This document shows, piece after piece, positions 1 to 8,997 of a stretch of DNA of 64,000 nucleotides. A model generated the notes under the pieces. The model was not told the DNA's origin, did no database searches, and saw only the letters and a list, made by a program, of their open reading frames with translations. Both the position numbers and the translations under genes were made by a program. Origin of the DNA: a virus. Where the stretch lies: positions 1 to 64,000 of IMG/VR virus record IMGVR_UViG_3300006925_000010; one strand, written 5' to 3'. How positions within the stretch are numbered: the stretch's first letter is position 1; every line of letters begins with the position of its first letter.

Positions 1-2127
1 TAACATTGCTATGCCCTTGCCAAACTCGGACCACTCCATATCTCTAAATGTATCAAATGCGTCAGAAACTCCCATCATTGCAATACCAACGCCTGCGGCG
101 GCTACACCAAATGCGGCCATTCCTACAGCACCCGCTCCAAATTTACCGCCTGTCTTAAGTGCTTTGGTGCCTGTATCACCGCCACCAAACAGTTTACTAG
201 TTAATTTTGATCCTAAACTTTGAACTGGGCCTTTTATTGCACCTGCAAACAATCCTGCAAATGCAGATTTAACCGACTTGTATGCGGCGGCTATTAGGAA
301 TGCATTTACAATAGTGCCAGACATGTCAAATACTTCTGCTTTTTTGCCAGTGGCTGGATCTGTCTCAGTATCTGTGTCAACTAAAATGTTTGTGAAAAAG
401 CCTAATACTGATGCCATAGTGTCTAACAACCCAATCACAACTTTAAAAGAAGTAATCCAACTGTCTATTGTGTCTCTAAATTTATCTTCATTGAAACCGT
501 TAATCCACTTAACTAATTCATCTGTTAGGTATGTGATATATGGTGTCAGTTTTTCACTGATTATTGTACTAACTTCGCCTATTTTACTTGATCCGTCTTC
601 GGCTTTCGCAAACAGGTCAGTGAATGCATCAGTGACCTTTCGCAGTTGATCATTTAAGATAGCAAATACTCCACTTTGCTCCCTGTTGAGAACTCTTCTT
701 CCTTTTTCATCTGTCTTTATTGTCTTACCGTCTTCTTCTAGTGCGTAAGTGACGTTGCTGAACCCGTCCATTATCTGAGATAACGGAGTTCCAAACGCGG
801 CGAGAACATTAGTAACAGAACCTGCTATACTGGCGTTAAGTTTATTGAATGCATTATTTACTGTGGCAGAGGCTTTTGCTAATTCGTTAACATCTGTGGC
901 GGCGGTGCCTGCTTGACTTACTTGTCCAATTGCCAATCCAAACTCCTGCCCTAATGCACCCATGTTTTCTACAATGGCTTTCATTTCAAGTTTCTGATTA
1001 GCATCGAGACCTTTTATAGCCGCCATTGCTGTGGCTGGGAAGGCTTTGATCATTTCTTCAGCCTCTTCATAACGTCCTTGTTCTTTCAGGGCATTAATCT
1101 TGACAATATCCCCAACTAGCTCAGTTCCATTTTGACCATCTATTAACTGTAGTATTTTATTTAATTCTGGGCCGGCATCTGTTCTAAATGCAACTGTTTC
1201 CAACATAGCATTTTGTATAGCATTGTTAACACCTTGCGAAAAGCCTGAGGCTCCAAGTTCTGAACCCATCGCCTTAAACGAATTGACAAAGTCTTGACTT
1301 CCGGCTCCCATGCCTTGTAATAACAAGGACACAGAAGCATTGTCTGTTAGTGTGGTTCTAGTAGCGCCTCTGATTTCATCAATACTTTTACCTAATATTG
1401 CTGTGGCTTTAAGTTGCATTTCATACAACTGTGCAGATTGCTTTGTTTGTTTCATAGCATCTATTTGCTGTAAAACACCAACTTGTCTAAGTATGTCTAA
1501 ATCTTCATTTAATAACGCACCTAGTTCTCTGAGTTCTAACCCGAATGCCGAACCTGCACCAGTTAATTTCTGAACTTCACTGGTCATCGCAATGAAATTC
1601 GATCTACCTGAAACAGCAATAATACCTGCGGCTTCATCAAATGTTTGTGATACTTCTTCAGCACTATAACCCAGCATCTGGAAGGAAGCCGCAAAGTTGG
1701 CGGCATTGCTAAAACCACCTCCGCCTAAGTCTAAACTTGTTCCGCCCCTAGAATCTTGTAAACTGGCGCCTACACCTCTAATGGCTTTGCCCATTGTTAA
1801 CAAAGCACCTGCGAACAGCGTCAATGATGCACCGGCAAATTTTAATGCTTTGGTAAACACCGTTGTTGACTCACCGATAGCCAGACCGCCTGCGCCACCG
1901 CCTGAATCTAAGCCTTGAATTGCCTTGATTAGGTCTTTATCGCCTTGAGCATCAGTTTTATTTCCCTCAGCAGTATTTTCGCTGAGTTTTTTCATCATCT
2001 CTTTTTGTTTATCAGTTGCGCCTACAAGATTATCTATAGCGTCTTTCATATCGGACAAGGTGCTTTCAGTTGCCCAAGCCGGGGCATTAAATCGTTGTCC
2101 GTCTAATTGAATGTCTATATCAGCCAT
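1..2127 (-). CDS. Tape-measure-like protein (3' end runs off the window)
   Basis: Not in the ORF track because there is no stop in the window. ATG at 2127 gives MADIDIQLDGQRFNAPAWATESTL...; the frame was spot-checked as open and reads ...AFDTFRDMEWSEFGKGIAML at position 1. Ala/Gly/Leu-rich, helical composition, and it lies next to the tail-assembly gene. Confidence 0.7.
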   Translation of the reverse strand, partial: MADIDIQLDGQRFNAPAWATESTLSDMKDAIDNLVGATDKQKEMMKKLSENTAEGNKTDAQGDKDLIKAIQGLDSGGGAGGLAIGESTTVFTKALKFAGASLTLFAGALLTMGKAIRGVGASLQDSRGGTSLDLGGGGFSNAANFAASFQMLGYSAEEVSQTFDEAAGIIAVSGRSNFIAMTSEVQKLTGAGSAFGLELRELGALLNEDLDILRQVGVLQQIDAMKQTKQSAQLYEMQLKATAILGKSIDEIRGATRTTLTDNASVSLLLQGMGAGSQDFVNSFKAMGSELGASGFSQGVNNAIQNAMLETVAFRTDAGPELNKILQLIDGQNGTELVGDIVKINALKEQGRYEEAEEMIKAFPATAMAAIKGLDANQKLEMKAIVENMGALGQEFGLAIGQVSQAGTAATDVNELAKASATVNNAFNKLNASIAGSVTNVLAAFGTPLSQIMDGFSNVTYALEEDGKTIKTDEKGRRVLNREQSGVFAILNDQLRKVTDAFTDLFAKAEDGSSKIGEVSTIISEKLTPYITYLTDELVKWINGFNEDKFRDTIDSWITSFKVVIGLLDTMASVLGFFTNILVDTDTETDPATGKKAEVFDMSGTIVNAFLIAAAYKSVKSAFAGLFAGAIKGPVQSLGSKLTSKLFGGGDTGTKALKTGGKFGAGAVGMAAFGVAAAGVGIAMMGVSDAFDTFRDMEWSEFGKGIAML

Positions 2128-2157
2128 AATATGTATAAAGTACCATTTTAATGATGA

Positions 2158-2200
2158 TAAATACTTTGTGGTTAAGTTAGTATCATCTTTATACTATTTA
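2158..2200. promoter_or_regulatory. Pair of oppositely oriented late-promoter motifs (TAAATA)
   Basis: GATAAATA on + (core 2158-2163) faces the 2227 gene. GATAAATA on - (core 2200-2195) faces the tape-measure gene. Both resemble the T4 late TATAAATA box, and a gp55-like sigma is encoded nearby. Confidence 0.6.
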
Positions 2201-2226
2201 TCCTTTTTATTAACTGGAGTTTTAAT

Positions 2227-3087
2227 ATGGCAAATAAGAAAAGTAATAGCCCTTTAGCAGGGTTCTACAGAGCGCCTAAGATGTATACGCAAATACCTAC
2301 CGGTGGAAAATACTATGATGAGAAAATCATCGATTGGCCAACAACTGACGAATTGCCTGTTTTTCCTATGACTGCAAAAGACGAAATGATTATGAAGAAT
2401 CCTGATGCTTTGCTGAACGGTGAAGCAGTTGCACAGATTCTAAGTAGTTGTGTTCCTTGCATCAAAGCGCCAAGAAAAATGGTAAGCAACGATGTTGACA
2501 CATTGTTAATTGCTATCCAAGGTGCTACTTACGGCGATGAAATCAAAGTAACTGCAAACTGCCCTAAGTGTGAGCATGAGAATACTGGTGAAGCCAGTGT
2601 AGAAGATTGCTTAGATAGAATGGCAGTTGTTTCAGAGAATTATACATTCGAAACAACCCAAGGCCTATCAATTGATGTTAAGCCGTTCTTGTATGAAAAC
2701 ACAATACAAGCCGGTCTTGCTAATTTTAAATCAACAAGAAGTTTACAAGCACTACAAAAAGTAGAAGACGAAGAAGCTCAATTAAAAGCATTCAACGAAA
2801 ACTTTATGACTATTGCCGGTCTGAACTTTCAACTTGTAGTAGATAGTGTAAACAGCATCAGTGGAACTTCGCCCGACGGTGAAGCCTTTCTTGTTACCGA
2901 TGAAGAGAGTATTCAAGAATTCTTAGAAAACTGTGAGGCTTCTATAGGCACAGCAATCGAAGAAAAGATTGGAGAAATTAATAAAATAGGAATCAATAAA
3001 AAGTTTAGTTTACAATGTGAGGAATGCGAAGAAGTTTACGAGACTGAAATTGCATTTGATCCTGTAAATTTTTCCACGGCTTCTTAG
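2227..3087 (+). CDS. T4 gp26-like baseplate hub / tail assembly chaperone
   Basis: PTGGKYY...PMTAKDE...NPDALLNG...D.LLIAI..ATYG, two CxxC pairs (CPKC, CEEC), C-terminal FDPVNF; RBS GGAG upstream. Confidence 0.75.
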   Translation: MANKKSNSPLAGFYRAPKMYTQIPTGGKYYDEKIIDWPTTDELPVFPMTAKDEMIMKNPDALLNGEAVAQILSSCVPCIKAPRKMVSNDVDTLLIAIQGATYGDEIKVTANCPKCEHENTGEASVEDCLDRMAVVSENYTFETTQGLSIDVKPFLYENTIQAGLANFKSTRSLQALQKVEDEEAQLKAFNENFMTIAGLNFQLVVDSVNSISGTSPDGEAFLVTDEESIQEFLENCEASIGTAIEEKIGEINKIGINKKFSLQCEECEEVYETEIAFDPVNFSTAS

Positions 3088-3305
3088 CAAACGCAAAACC
3101 AGAGGCTATTCTTGAGTTAATTAACAGACTCCGCAAAGAAGCCGATATCCTAGAAAAAAGCCTAATAGAAATCGCAGTATATAGTGGTGGCAGTATTTCT
3201 TGGCTAGAAACTCAGATGATGTCTTTATCAGAAAGAGCAATCGCAGTAGAAGTAATTAACAAGTACAACAAAATCAAGTCTGGCAATCTCACAGACGAAT
3301 TTTAA
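3066..3305 (+). CDS. -1 frame extension of the gp26-like gene (gp51 / lambda gpT-like segment)
   Basis: Open frame FFHGFLANAKPEAILELINRLRKEADILEKSLIEIAVYSGGSISWLETQMMSLSERAIAVEVINKYNKIKSGNLTDEF*. It has no early start codon and begins at the slippery heptamer A AAT TTT (3066-3072). Confidence 0.7.
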   Translation, partial: KFFHGFLANAKPEAILELINRLRKEADILEKSLIEIAVYSGGSISWLETQMMSLSERAIAVEVINKYNKIKSGNLTDEF

Positions 3306-3326
3306 TAGATAATCCTAACAATAGTA

Positions 3327-3346
3327 AGAGACACTTCGTGTCTTTT
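3327..3346 (+). terminator. Short hairpin with T-tract after the frameshift extension
   Basis: AGACAC-TTC-GTGTCT followed by TTT, at the junction of convergent transcription units. Confidence 0.45.
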
Positions 3347-3396
3347 CAATCTACATTCGTTCGTTCGTTTCACTCACCTCACTCACTTGATTGAAA
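3344..3396 (-). other. Hairpin built from alternating Watson-Crick and tandem G.A pairs
   Basis: 8-bp outer stem TTTCAATC/GATTGAAA. The minus-strand interior GTGAGTGAGGTGAGT-GAA-ACGAACGAACGAAT pairs as GT/AC steps separated by GA/GA mismatches. Confidence 0.55.
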
Positions 3397-3423
3397 CTTT
3401 TTTAAAAAGTAATTATTAAGTAA

Positions 3424-3800
3424 CATCGATTTCATGCAGATATCGAGGTCATATGAAGCCTACCTAAGTGGCTCCATATAAAAAATCGACCTCATGCGAG
3501 TATGCGTCGGACGTAAACGAAGACAGGTATTTATGTTTTGCACTTTGTTTGGCTCTGACCTTACCACACCTGTGTCGATTTTTAATTCCAACTCGCTTCA
3601 AGATGGAAATACAAAGTATTGCAATAACTTTTCAACTATTTAGACTTAACAAATGTTTCTTACCATTGGGTAGACATTTTAGCATCCGGCATCACCGGGT
3701 AGTGTTAAGAATCGCATAACAACCAATGCATAGGCTTACCATCTCACATCAGAATGGATTTCGCAACGGAATAATAGTTGGCCCGTCAACCGTGTGTGTT
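3424..3800 (-). ncRNA. Candidate large structured non-coding RNA, family not recognised
   Basis: Nested helices: 3481-3490/3574-3583 (10 bp), 3523-3528/3568-3573, 3451-3460/3470-3479 (G.U pair only on the minus strand), 3426-3430/3442-3446, 3586-3590/3604-3608, 3633-3640/3773-3780, and 3645-3651/3703-3709 enclosing two hairpins. No credible ORF. Confidence 0.6.
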
Positions 3801-3866
3801 GTTTGTATGTTTTAAGAGTTAGACTTTGTGTCTGAGAATGCCATGTTTGTATTGTTCAACTAATAG

Positions 3867-4289
3867 TTATCGGTCTTTCAATCCTTCACGTAAGATTTTT
3901 GAACCACCTACTCTAACATTGATAATACCATTGTAGTAATCGTCTGTAAGGAGCACTTTTCTATCAAATTGCTCTTTTGCTTCTAAGTAACTTGCAACAC
4001 CTCGGCTGGGGCAATAATGCAAAATTTCTCTTGTAAATTGATCTTCTCCTAGCTCTAAGACATCTGCATTTAGATGATCAGAACTGCCCCAATAGGTTTT
4101 CCAGTCACTTTCTTTGTAACCTCGTCTTTTATTTTTTTTGCCTTTTAAGGGAGGCTTGGTAGTTTTGAACTTAGCAAGTTTCTTACCAACGTACATCATG
4201 CCGTTTTGCTTGTTTGTGATTAGGTATACAAATGCTTCACAATCCTCTGGAAGTGTTTCTACTGTTTTACCGTTAAAAGTCCATTGCAT
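3867..4289 (-). CDS. GIY-YIG family endonuclease (Seg/EndoII-like, single domain)
   Basis: AFVYLITN...YVGKK...YWGSS...F.REIL...E...YYNG pattern. Confidence 0.8.
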   Translation of the reverse strand: MQWTFNGKTVETLPEDCEAFVYLITNKQNGMMYVGKKLAKFKTTKPPLKGKKNKRRGYKESDWKTYWGSSDHLNADVLELGEDQFTREILHYCPSRGVASYLEAKEQFDRKVLLTDDYYNGIINVRVGGSKILREGLKDR

Positions 4290-4291
4290 AG

Positions 4292-6058
4292 TTATGTAAG
4301 ATATTCCGTGTCAGTGTTGTAAGCAGTAAATCCGCCTTCCTTAACTACTGTTAGAACATTATTTACACGGCCTACTAGTTCTTCCTTATGAGAAATGAGT
4401 AGAATGTTTTTGCCTTGCTCTCTATTCATCTTTTTTAGTATTGCTAGAGCGTTCTCTACGCCTGTTGTGTCCATTCCGCTGTCAATAAGCTCATCTACAC
4501 ACATCAAGTTCATAGGATGATTAAGACTTTCAAAAATATCTCTAAATGCCCATGATAGTCCTAATATAAGTCTGTTACGTTCACCTCTACTTAAATTATC
4601 AAAGTCTAAGTCTCTGCCGTATTCTGTTATCTCAACACCTAGATCACTTGCAAACTTAACATCATGAGGTAAGCCTAGTTTATCTAAGTAATATGCAAGT
4701 CTATGATTTAGATATGCAATGTTTTGATCAATAATTCTCTTACGAATAAAACTGTCTTTGCTTGTGAGCAACTTGTATAAGAAATCTTGATGATCTTTTA
4801 GTAATGTTAATTCGTTAATAGTTTCAAAGTCAACTTCTTGCAATCCTGTTTCTTGCAGAGTATGTACTTGCTCATCGTAAGGATTAACGTCCTCTGTCTT
4901 TTCTTTTAACTGAGACGCTAGTGTTTCTAGATTATGCTTATGCTCTAATGCACTTTCTAAGTCGTGATAAAATGTGTCTTCTATACCTGGTATTGTCCCA
5001 ACTTCATTGAGAGCCAATTCTAAGTCAACAATGCGTTGTTCTATCTCTTCTTTGTATCTTACTTCTTCAGCAAGTTTATCTTCTAAGTCTTTTGTGTATT
5101 CTTCGTGAGTATCTAGGTGTGCAGTACTTTGTTCACATGCAGGACAAACGCCCTCCTTTGCCTTTTGCACATTCCCTTCTAGTTCTTCTATTTTGGTTAT
5201 GCTTCTATTAAGCGATGTAACAGATCTAGTATGGTCTGTTTTTAATGCTGTAGCAGTTGCAGATTGCTCGGCAATAAGCGAGTTATCTTTGTGTCTTCTT
5301 ATCTCTACATCTATGTCCATTTCCATTAGTGTACTAATTGATTCGGTCATATTTTCAATTTTTTCTGTGTGAGTTTTATGCCAGGCCTTGCCTCGCATTG
5401 TAATCTCTTGTATATTTTTCTGTATACGTTTGTTACTAGCCTCTGTGGCATTAATTTTAATTTCTTCTTCTTTAATCTTATCCCTACTATCTTTAACTAG
5501 TTCTTTGAGTACTTCTGCCTTCTCACTAAGTTCGGTAATGCCTAACAACTGCTCAATCATTGCACGTTGGTCGTTATTCTTCATACCAAGGAAAGGTTCT
5601 GTATAGGTGTTTAGAGCAATTAAATGCTTGAACATTAAGTGCGGGAAGCCAATAATTTTCTCTATTTCTTTTTGTGTTTCTCTACTATCACCTTGCTGTT
5701 CTTGGTCTTCTTTTTCAGTACCGTTAATAAACAACTTTAAGGTATTAGGACGCCTGGCCCTTTCAATCCTATAGTCTATGCCCTTAATCTCAAAGTCCAC
5801 AGTAACAATCATGCCTTTACCGTTTGTTTTGTTAATTAAGTTATCTCGTCTAATATTTGTTAATGCTTCACCGTACAATGCATAACTTAATGCATTAATA
5901 ATAGTAGTCTTGCCTGTGCCATTCCTACTACCATCGCCGCCCATGTCTAAGTTATGACCTAGTACCAAGGTCAAATTAACATTATCAAAATTTACTGCTT
6001 GAGTTTGAGCACCAACGCTCATGAAATTCTTTGCAGATACATTTTTAATCTTTAGCAT
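4292..6058 (-). CDS. Recombination endonuclease ATPase subunit (T4 gp46 / SbcC / Rad50-like)
   Basis: Walker A NGTGKTT, coiled coil with CPAC zinc hook, signature LSRGE, Walker B/D-loop VDELIDSGMD, H-loop ISH. Confidence 0.93.
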   Translation of the reverse strand: MLKIKNVSAKNFMSVGAQTQAVNFDNVNLTLVLGHNLDMGGDGSRNGTGKTTIINALSYALYGEALTNIRRDNLINKTNGKGMIVTVDFEIKGIDYRIERARRPNTLKLFINGTEKEDQEQQGDSRETQKEIEKIIGFPHLMFKHLIALNTYTEPFLGMKNNDQRAMIEQLLGITELSEKAEVLKELVKDSRDKIKEEEIKINATEASNKRIQKNIQEITMRGKAWHKTHTEKIENMTESISTLMEMDIDVEIRRHKDNSLIAEQSATATALKTDHTRSVTSLNRSITKIEELEGNVQKAKEGVCPACEQSTAHLDTHEEYTKDLEDKLAEEVRYKEEIEQRIVDLELALNEVGTIPGIEDTFYHDLESALEHKHNLETLASQLKEKTEDVNPYDEQVHTLQETGLQEVDFETINELTLLKDHQDFLYKLLTSKDSFIRKRIIDQNIAYLNHRLAYYLDKLGLPHDVKFASDLGVEITEYGRDLDFDNLSRGERNRLILGLSWAFRDIFESLNHPMNLMCVDELIDSGMDTTGVENALAILKKMNREQGKNILLISHKEELVGRVNNVLTVVKEGGFTAYNTDTEYLT

Positions 6059-6061
6059 AGT

Positions 6062-7078
6062 TTAAGTTTCTATTCCGTTATAGATATCAATAAGTCGTTG
6101 CCTATCAATTGTTGTAGAGTCAATGGTTTCTAATTGTGTAATAACAATTTGATCCACACTTTCAAATTTAATCTCGCCGCCTTCGTATGCTTCTTCCTCT
6201 TCTTTGATTGGTATGAGTTGAAGCTCTCTAACATTATACTGCTCTGCAAACTTTTCTCTAATAAAGTTTGCTTCTTCGTATGAAATGCTAATGTCTAGTT
6301 TTACTCTCGCATAAGTATATTCGTCTAATAGAGACTCATGCTGATCAAGTAACTCTTTGAGTGTAAAAGATTTATACTTAGGACATTCTAGCCAGTTTAC
6401 ATATTGAGGTTCTTTGCCCCACTCTAAAAACATAGCACCACGATCAACATCGCCTACATCGGCATAGTTATGTGGGAAAGCATTACCGATGTAATGTATA
6501 TTATTCTTATATTGTCTTTTATGAAAGTGTCCGCTAAACACATAATCAGGTTTTGATAGCATCTTATCATTTATGCCACCGTGGTCTGGCATTTCTACTA
6601 ATGCATTCATCTTAAAGTATGGTAACTCCAAGTGTGCAAACATGTACTTACATTCCATATTAGCAACTTGTTTATATTCGTCGCCACATAACCAAGGAAT
6701 AATTGCAACATCGCCTTCAAGAAAATGTTCATCAATCATCACAATGTTTGGTAAGTCTCTAGCAAACTCGATGCTGTTTAGATCACGTTTTTCTCTGTAG
6801 TATAAATCGTGGTTACCTAATATAACATAAACTTTTTCAAATGCATCATTTAACTTTTTTAAGTCTCTGATACTTTGATTCATAGTTGCAATGTTTACAC
6901 TTGCTCTATGATGATGCCAGTCACCTAGGAAAATACATGTTTCTGCATTTCTGGCTTTTGCTTCTGCAATAAACCAGTCTATAAATCTTTCACAGTCACT
7001 TAAATGTAATCTACTATTTTGTTTTAAGCCGTAGTGAATATCCGTAAAACACGCGGCGTTCTTAAAAAGTTGAGACAT
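6062..7078 (-). CDS. Recombination endonuclease nuclease subunit (T4 gp47 / SbcD / Mre11-like)
   Basis: Metallophosphoesterase motifs TDIHYG, LGDWHH, GNHD, SGHFH; adjacent to the gp46-like gene. Confidence 0.93.
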   Translation of the reverse strand: MSQLFKNAACFTDIHYGLKQNSRLHLSDCERFIDWFIAEAKARNAETCIFLGDWHHHRASVNIATMNQSIRDLKKLNDAFEKVYVILGNHDLYYREKRDLNSIEFARDLPNIVMIDEHFLEGDVAIIPWLCGDEYKQVANMECKYMFAHLELPYFKMNALVEMPDHGGINDKMLSKPDYVFSGHFHKRQYKNNIHYIGNAFPHNYADVGDVDRGAMFLEWGKEPQYVNWLECPKYKSFTLKELLDQHESLLDEYTYARVKLDISISYEEANFIREKFAEQYNVRELQLIPIKEEEEAYEGGEIKFESVDQIVITQLETIDSTTIDRQRLIDIYNGIET

Positions 7079-7081
7079 AAA

Positions 7082-7954
7082 TTATTCAAAGGCTCCTTCA
7101 TCGCTTTTGCCGGATTCAATTGATTCACGAAGTATTCTCATTTCATCTTCGTGTTTTATTTGTCTACTATAACTTGGTAAGTGTCCTGTGTCAATCAAAA
7201 TATCATCCCTAATGCTTTGATTACGTTTCTCTAAGTTTAATACTCTTGTAAAACTGTTAATAACTGCCGCAGTATAATATGCAAAAGGATTATCTGACTT
7301 TGCTTCATTGAACTGTAGGCCCACTTGGCTAAGTTGAACTAATGCTTGTCCACGCATTTCGTCTACATAAGTGTACCCACGCCAGTTTGCTCTGTGACTA
7401 AATCTCTCTACAAGTTTTAAAAACATTGTGCCTAGTTTGTTTGTGATTCTACCTACACCAGGATTAAATTCTCCATTACTTAGACTGCCTTCCCAGTGAC
7501 TTCTTGCTACTTCTTTAAGTTCACCGTTTTGAAATGCATAATGTTTGAATGGAGGAAAGTTTACTTTTGCTTTTGTTTCTGCTTCGTTCCTAGGATTCTT
7601 TTTCCTGCCTGGCTCTAATGGAATATGATCCATACACATAACTCTAAAAGTTACGTCTTCATCTGAAATGGTGTCCAAGTCAACTGCAAATTCTTTTTGC
7701 TTAGGCTTATTTCTGTAGTCTCCTGTGCCGTGCTCTATCATTGCAACTGCATACGCTTCACTTTGTATCCTTGATGCTTGATTTTGTTTTGCTTCGAGAA
7801 TGGTCTTTTTATTAATACTTTTGACATCGTTTAGTATAATGTCGTTTTGAAAGTATTTCTCATCAGATAGCCAGCAAAAACTCATTTTACTTTTGTGTAT
7901 CTCTTTGAGAATATCTTTGTTGTTGAGGTAATTAACCTTCTTAGGTGCCGCCAT
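7082..7954 (-). CDS. Late-transcription sigma factor (T4 gp55-like)
   Basis: N-terminal NYLNNKDIL.EI; NWRGYTY.DEM; F...KSDNPFAYYT. Same gp55-gp47-gp46 order as T4-like phages. Confidence 0.85.
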   Translation of the reverse strand: MAAPKKVNYLNNKDILKEIHKSKMSFCWLSDEKYFQNDIILNDVKSINKKTILEAKQNQASRIQSEAYAVAMIEHGTGDYRNKPKQKEFAVDLDTISDEDVTFRVMCMDHIPLEPGRKKNPRNEAETKAKVNFPPFKHYAFQNGELKEVARSHWEGSLSNGEFNPGVGRITNKLGTMFLKLVERFSHRANWRGYTYVDEMRGQALVQLSQVGLQFNEAKSDNPFAYYTAAVINSFTRVLNLEKRNQSIRDDILIDTGHLPSYSRQIKHEDEMRILRESIESGKSDEGAFE

Positions 7955-7985
7955 GTGTTCTCCAAAATTACGAATTTAAACAGTT

Positions 7986-8013
7986 ATTATACATTATACT
8001 TAACAAAAGTCAA
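7986..8013 (-). promoter_or_regulatory. Sigma70-type promoter for the gp55-gp47-gp46 operon
   Basis: TTGACT (8013-8008), 16 nt spacer, TATAAT (7991-7986); GGAG RBS before the 7954 start. Confidence 0.6.
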
Positions 8014-8064
8014 GAAGAATTTGCATTATTCGTGAAAAATTATAACAGTACTTAATAATGTTGA

Positions 8065-8070
8065 TAAATA
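8065..8070 (+). promoter_or_regulatory. Late promoter motif TAAATA
   Basis: GATAAATA upstream of the AGGAG RBS and the first gene of the baseplate operon. Confidence 0.6.
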
Positions 8071-8088
8071 CTACTATAGGAGAAATAT

Positions 8089-8997
8089 ATGGGATTCGAT
8101 AGAGCAAAAAATGCCTTTAACGGGTTATTAAACAATAAAATTGCAGAAGCAAGTAGTAAGTTAGGAAATAAGAACCCTCTTGCAAAAACATTCTTTGATC
8201 GTATGGTTGGCTCTGCATTTCCAGGATACGGATTACCATCTAACCCAAACACAAATTTAACAGCAACAGAAATTAATGCTAGACTAGGTGCTTTATTGGC
8301 AGAAGCAGAAATAGTTGCTGGAGCCTCTGAAGCTCTCGATACAGACGAAACACTTAAGAATTCTTATGATTGGAGAGCAAGACTTAGACCTAAGAAAGGT
8401 GGAGAATCGTTGTTTTACCAAAAAACAACAGATAGCCCTGAATTTGACGACTACTTACTAAGACCTATCGAAGAGTCTGGTGGAATGGTTTGGCAGTATA
8501 CTCCAACTATTATGTATCAAGCACAAACAAATTACGGGCAGGCACACCACCAAGGCATGAATTATCAGATAAACACTTTTGAAAATTCTGTACCGCCTGC
8601 ATTGCCTGTTACAGCAGACTTTACTGCAAACAATATTTACGAAGCACGTTATCTGTTAGCAATTTTTACATTTTTAAAGATATGTGGTAAAGGAACATTC
8701 GGTGATTCAGCAGTGAAAAGCGGAGATTATGGTAGGCCACCACCTGTGTTACTATTTGAATATATGGGAGATCATATGTTTAATAAAGTACCAGTTGTTG
8801 TTACAAGTTATAGTATTTCTCTACCAGATGAAGTTGACTATGTTCCTGTAAAAGTTGGAACAACAGTTACGCATGTACCTACTCGTACAAACATAATGGT
8901 TAACTTAGAAGTAACATACACACCACAAAAACTTAGAAGGCAGTTTGATCTTAACAAACTTACTAGCGGTGAAGCATACAAGGATGGATTCATTTAA
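8089..8997 (+). CDS. Baseplate / tail-tube initiator-like protein (gp48/gp54-like)
   Basis: G.VWQYTP.I, G.PPPVLLF...G...F..VPVVVTSYSI.LP.EVDY pattern; first gene of the baseplate operon. Confidence 0.6.
   Translation: MGFDRAKNAFNGLLNNKIAEASSKLGNKNPLAKTFFDRMVGSAFPGYGLPSNPNTNLTATEINARLGALLAEAEIVAGASEALDTDETLKNSYDWRARLRPKKGGESLFYQKTTDSPEFDDYLLRPIEESGGMVWQYTPTIMYQAQTNYGQAHHQGMNYQINTFENSVPPALPVTADFTANNIYEARYLLAIFTFLKICGKGTFGDSAVKSGDYGRPPPVLLFEYMGDHMFNKVPVVVTSYSISLPDEVDYVPVKVGTTVTHVPTRTNIMVNLEVTYTPQKLRRQFDLNKLTSGEAYKDGFI

Noticed and set aside
11-1918. Short plus-strand ORFs in the track
   Set aside because: Antisense shadows of the long minus-strand tape-measure-like frame.
3468-3719. 83-aa plus-strand ORF in the intergenic region
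   Set aside because: GTG start without an RBS, unprotein-like composition, and it overlaps dense RNA-like helices.
3306-4289. Group I intron carrying the GIY-YIG gene
   Set aside because: No interrupted host gene (gp46 ends complete after its H-loop), and I could not find group I P7/R/S core motifs.
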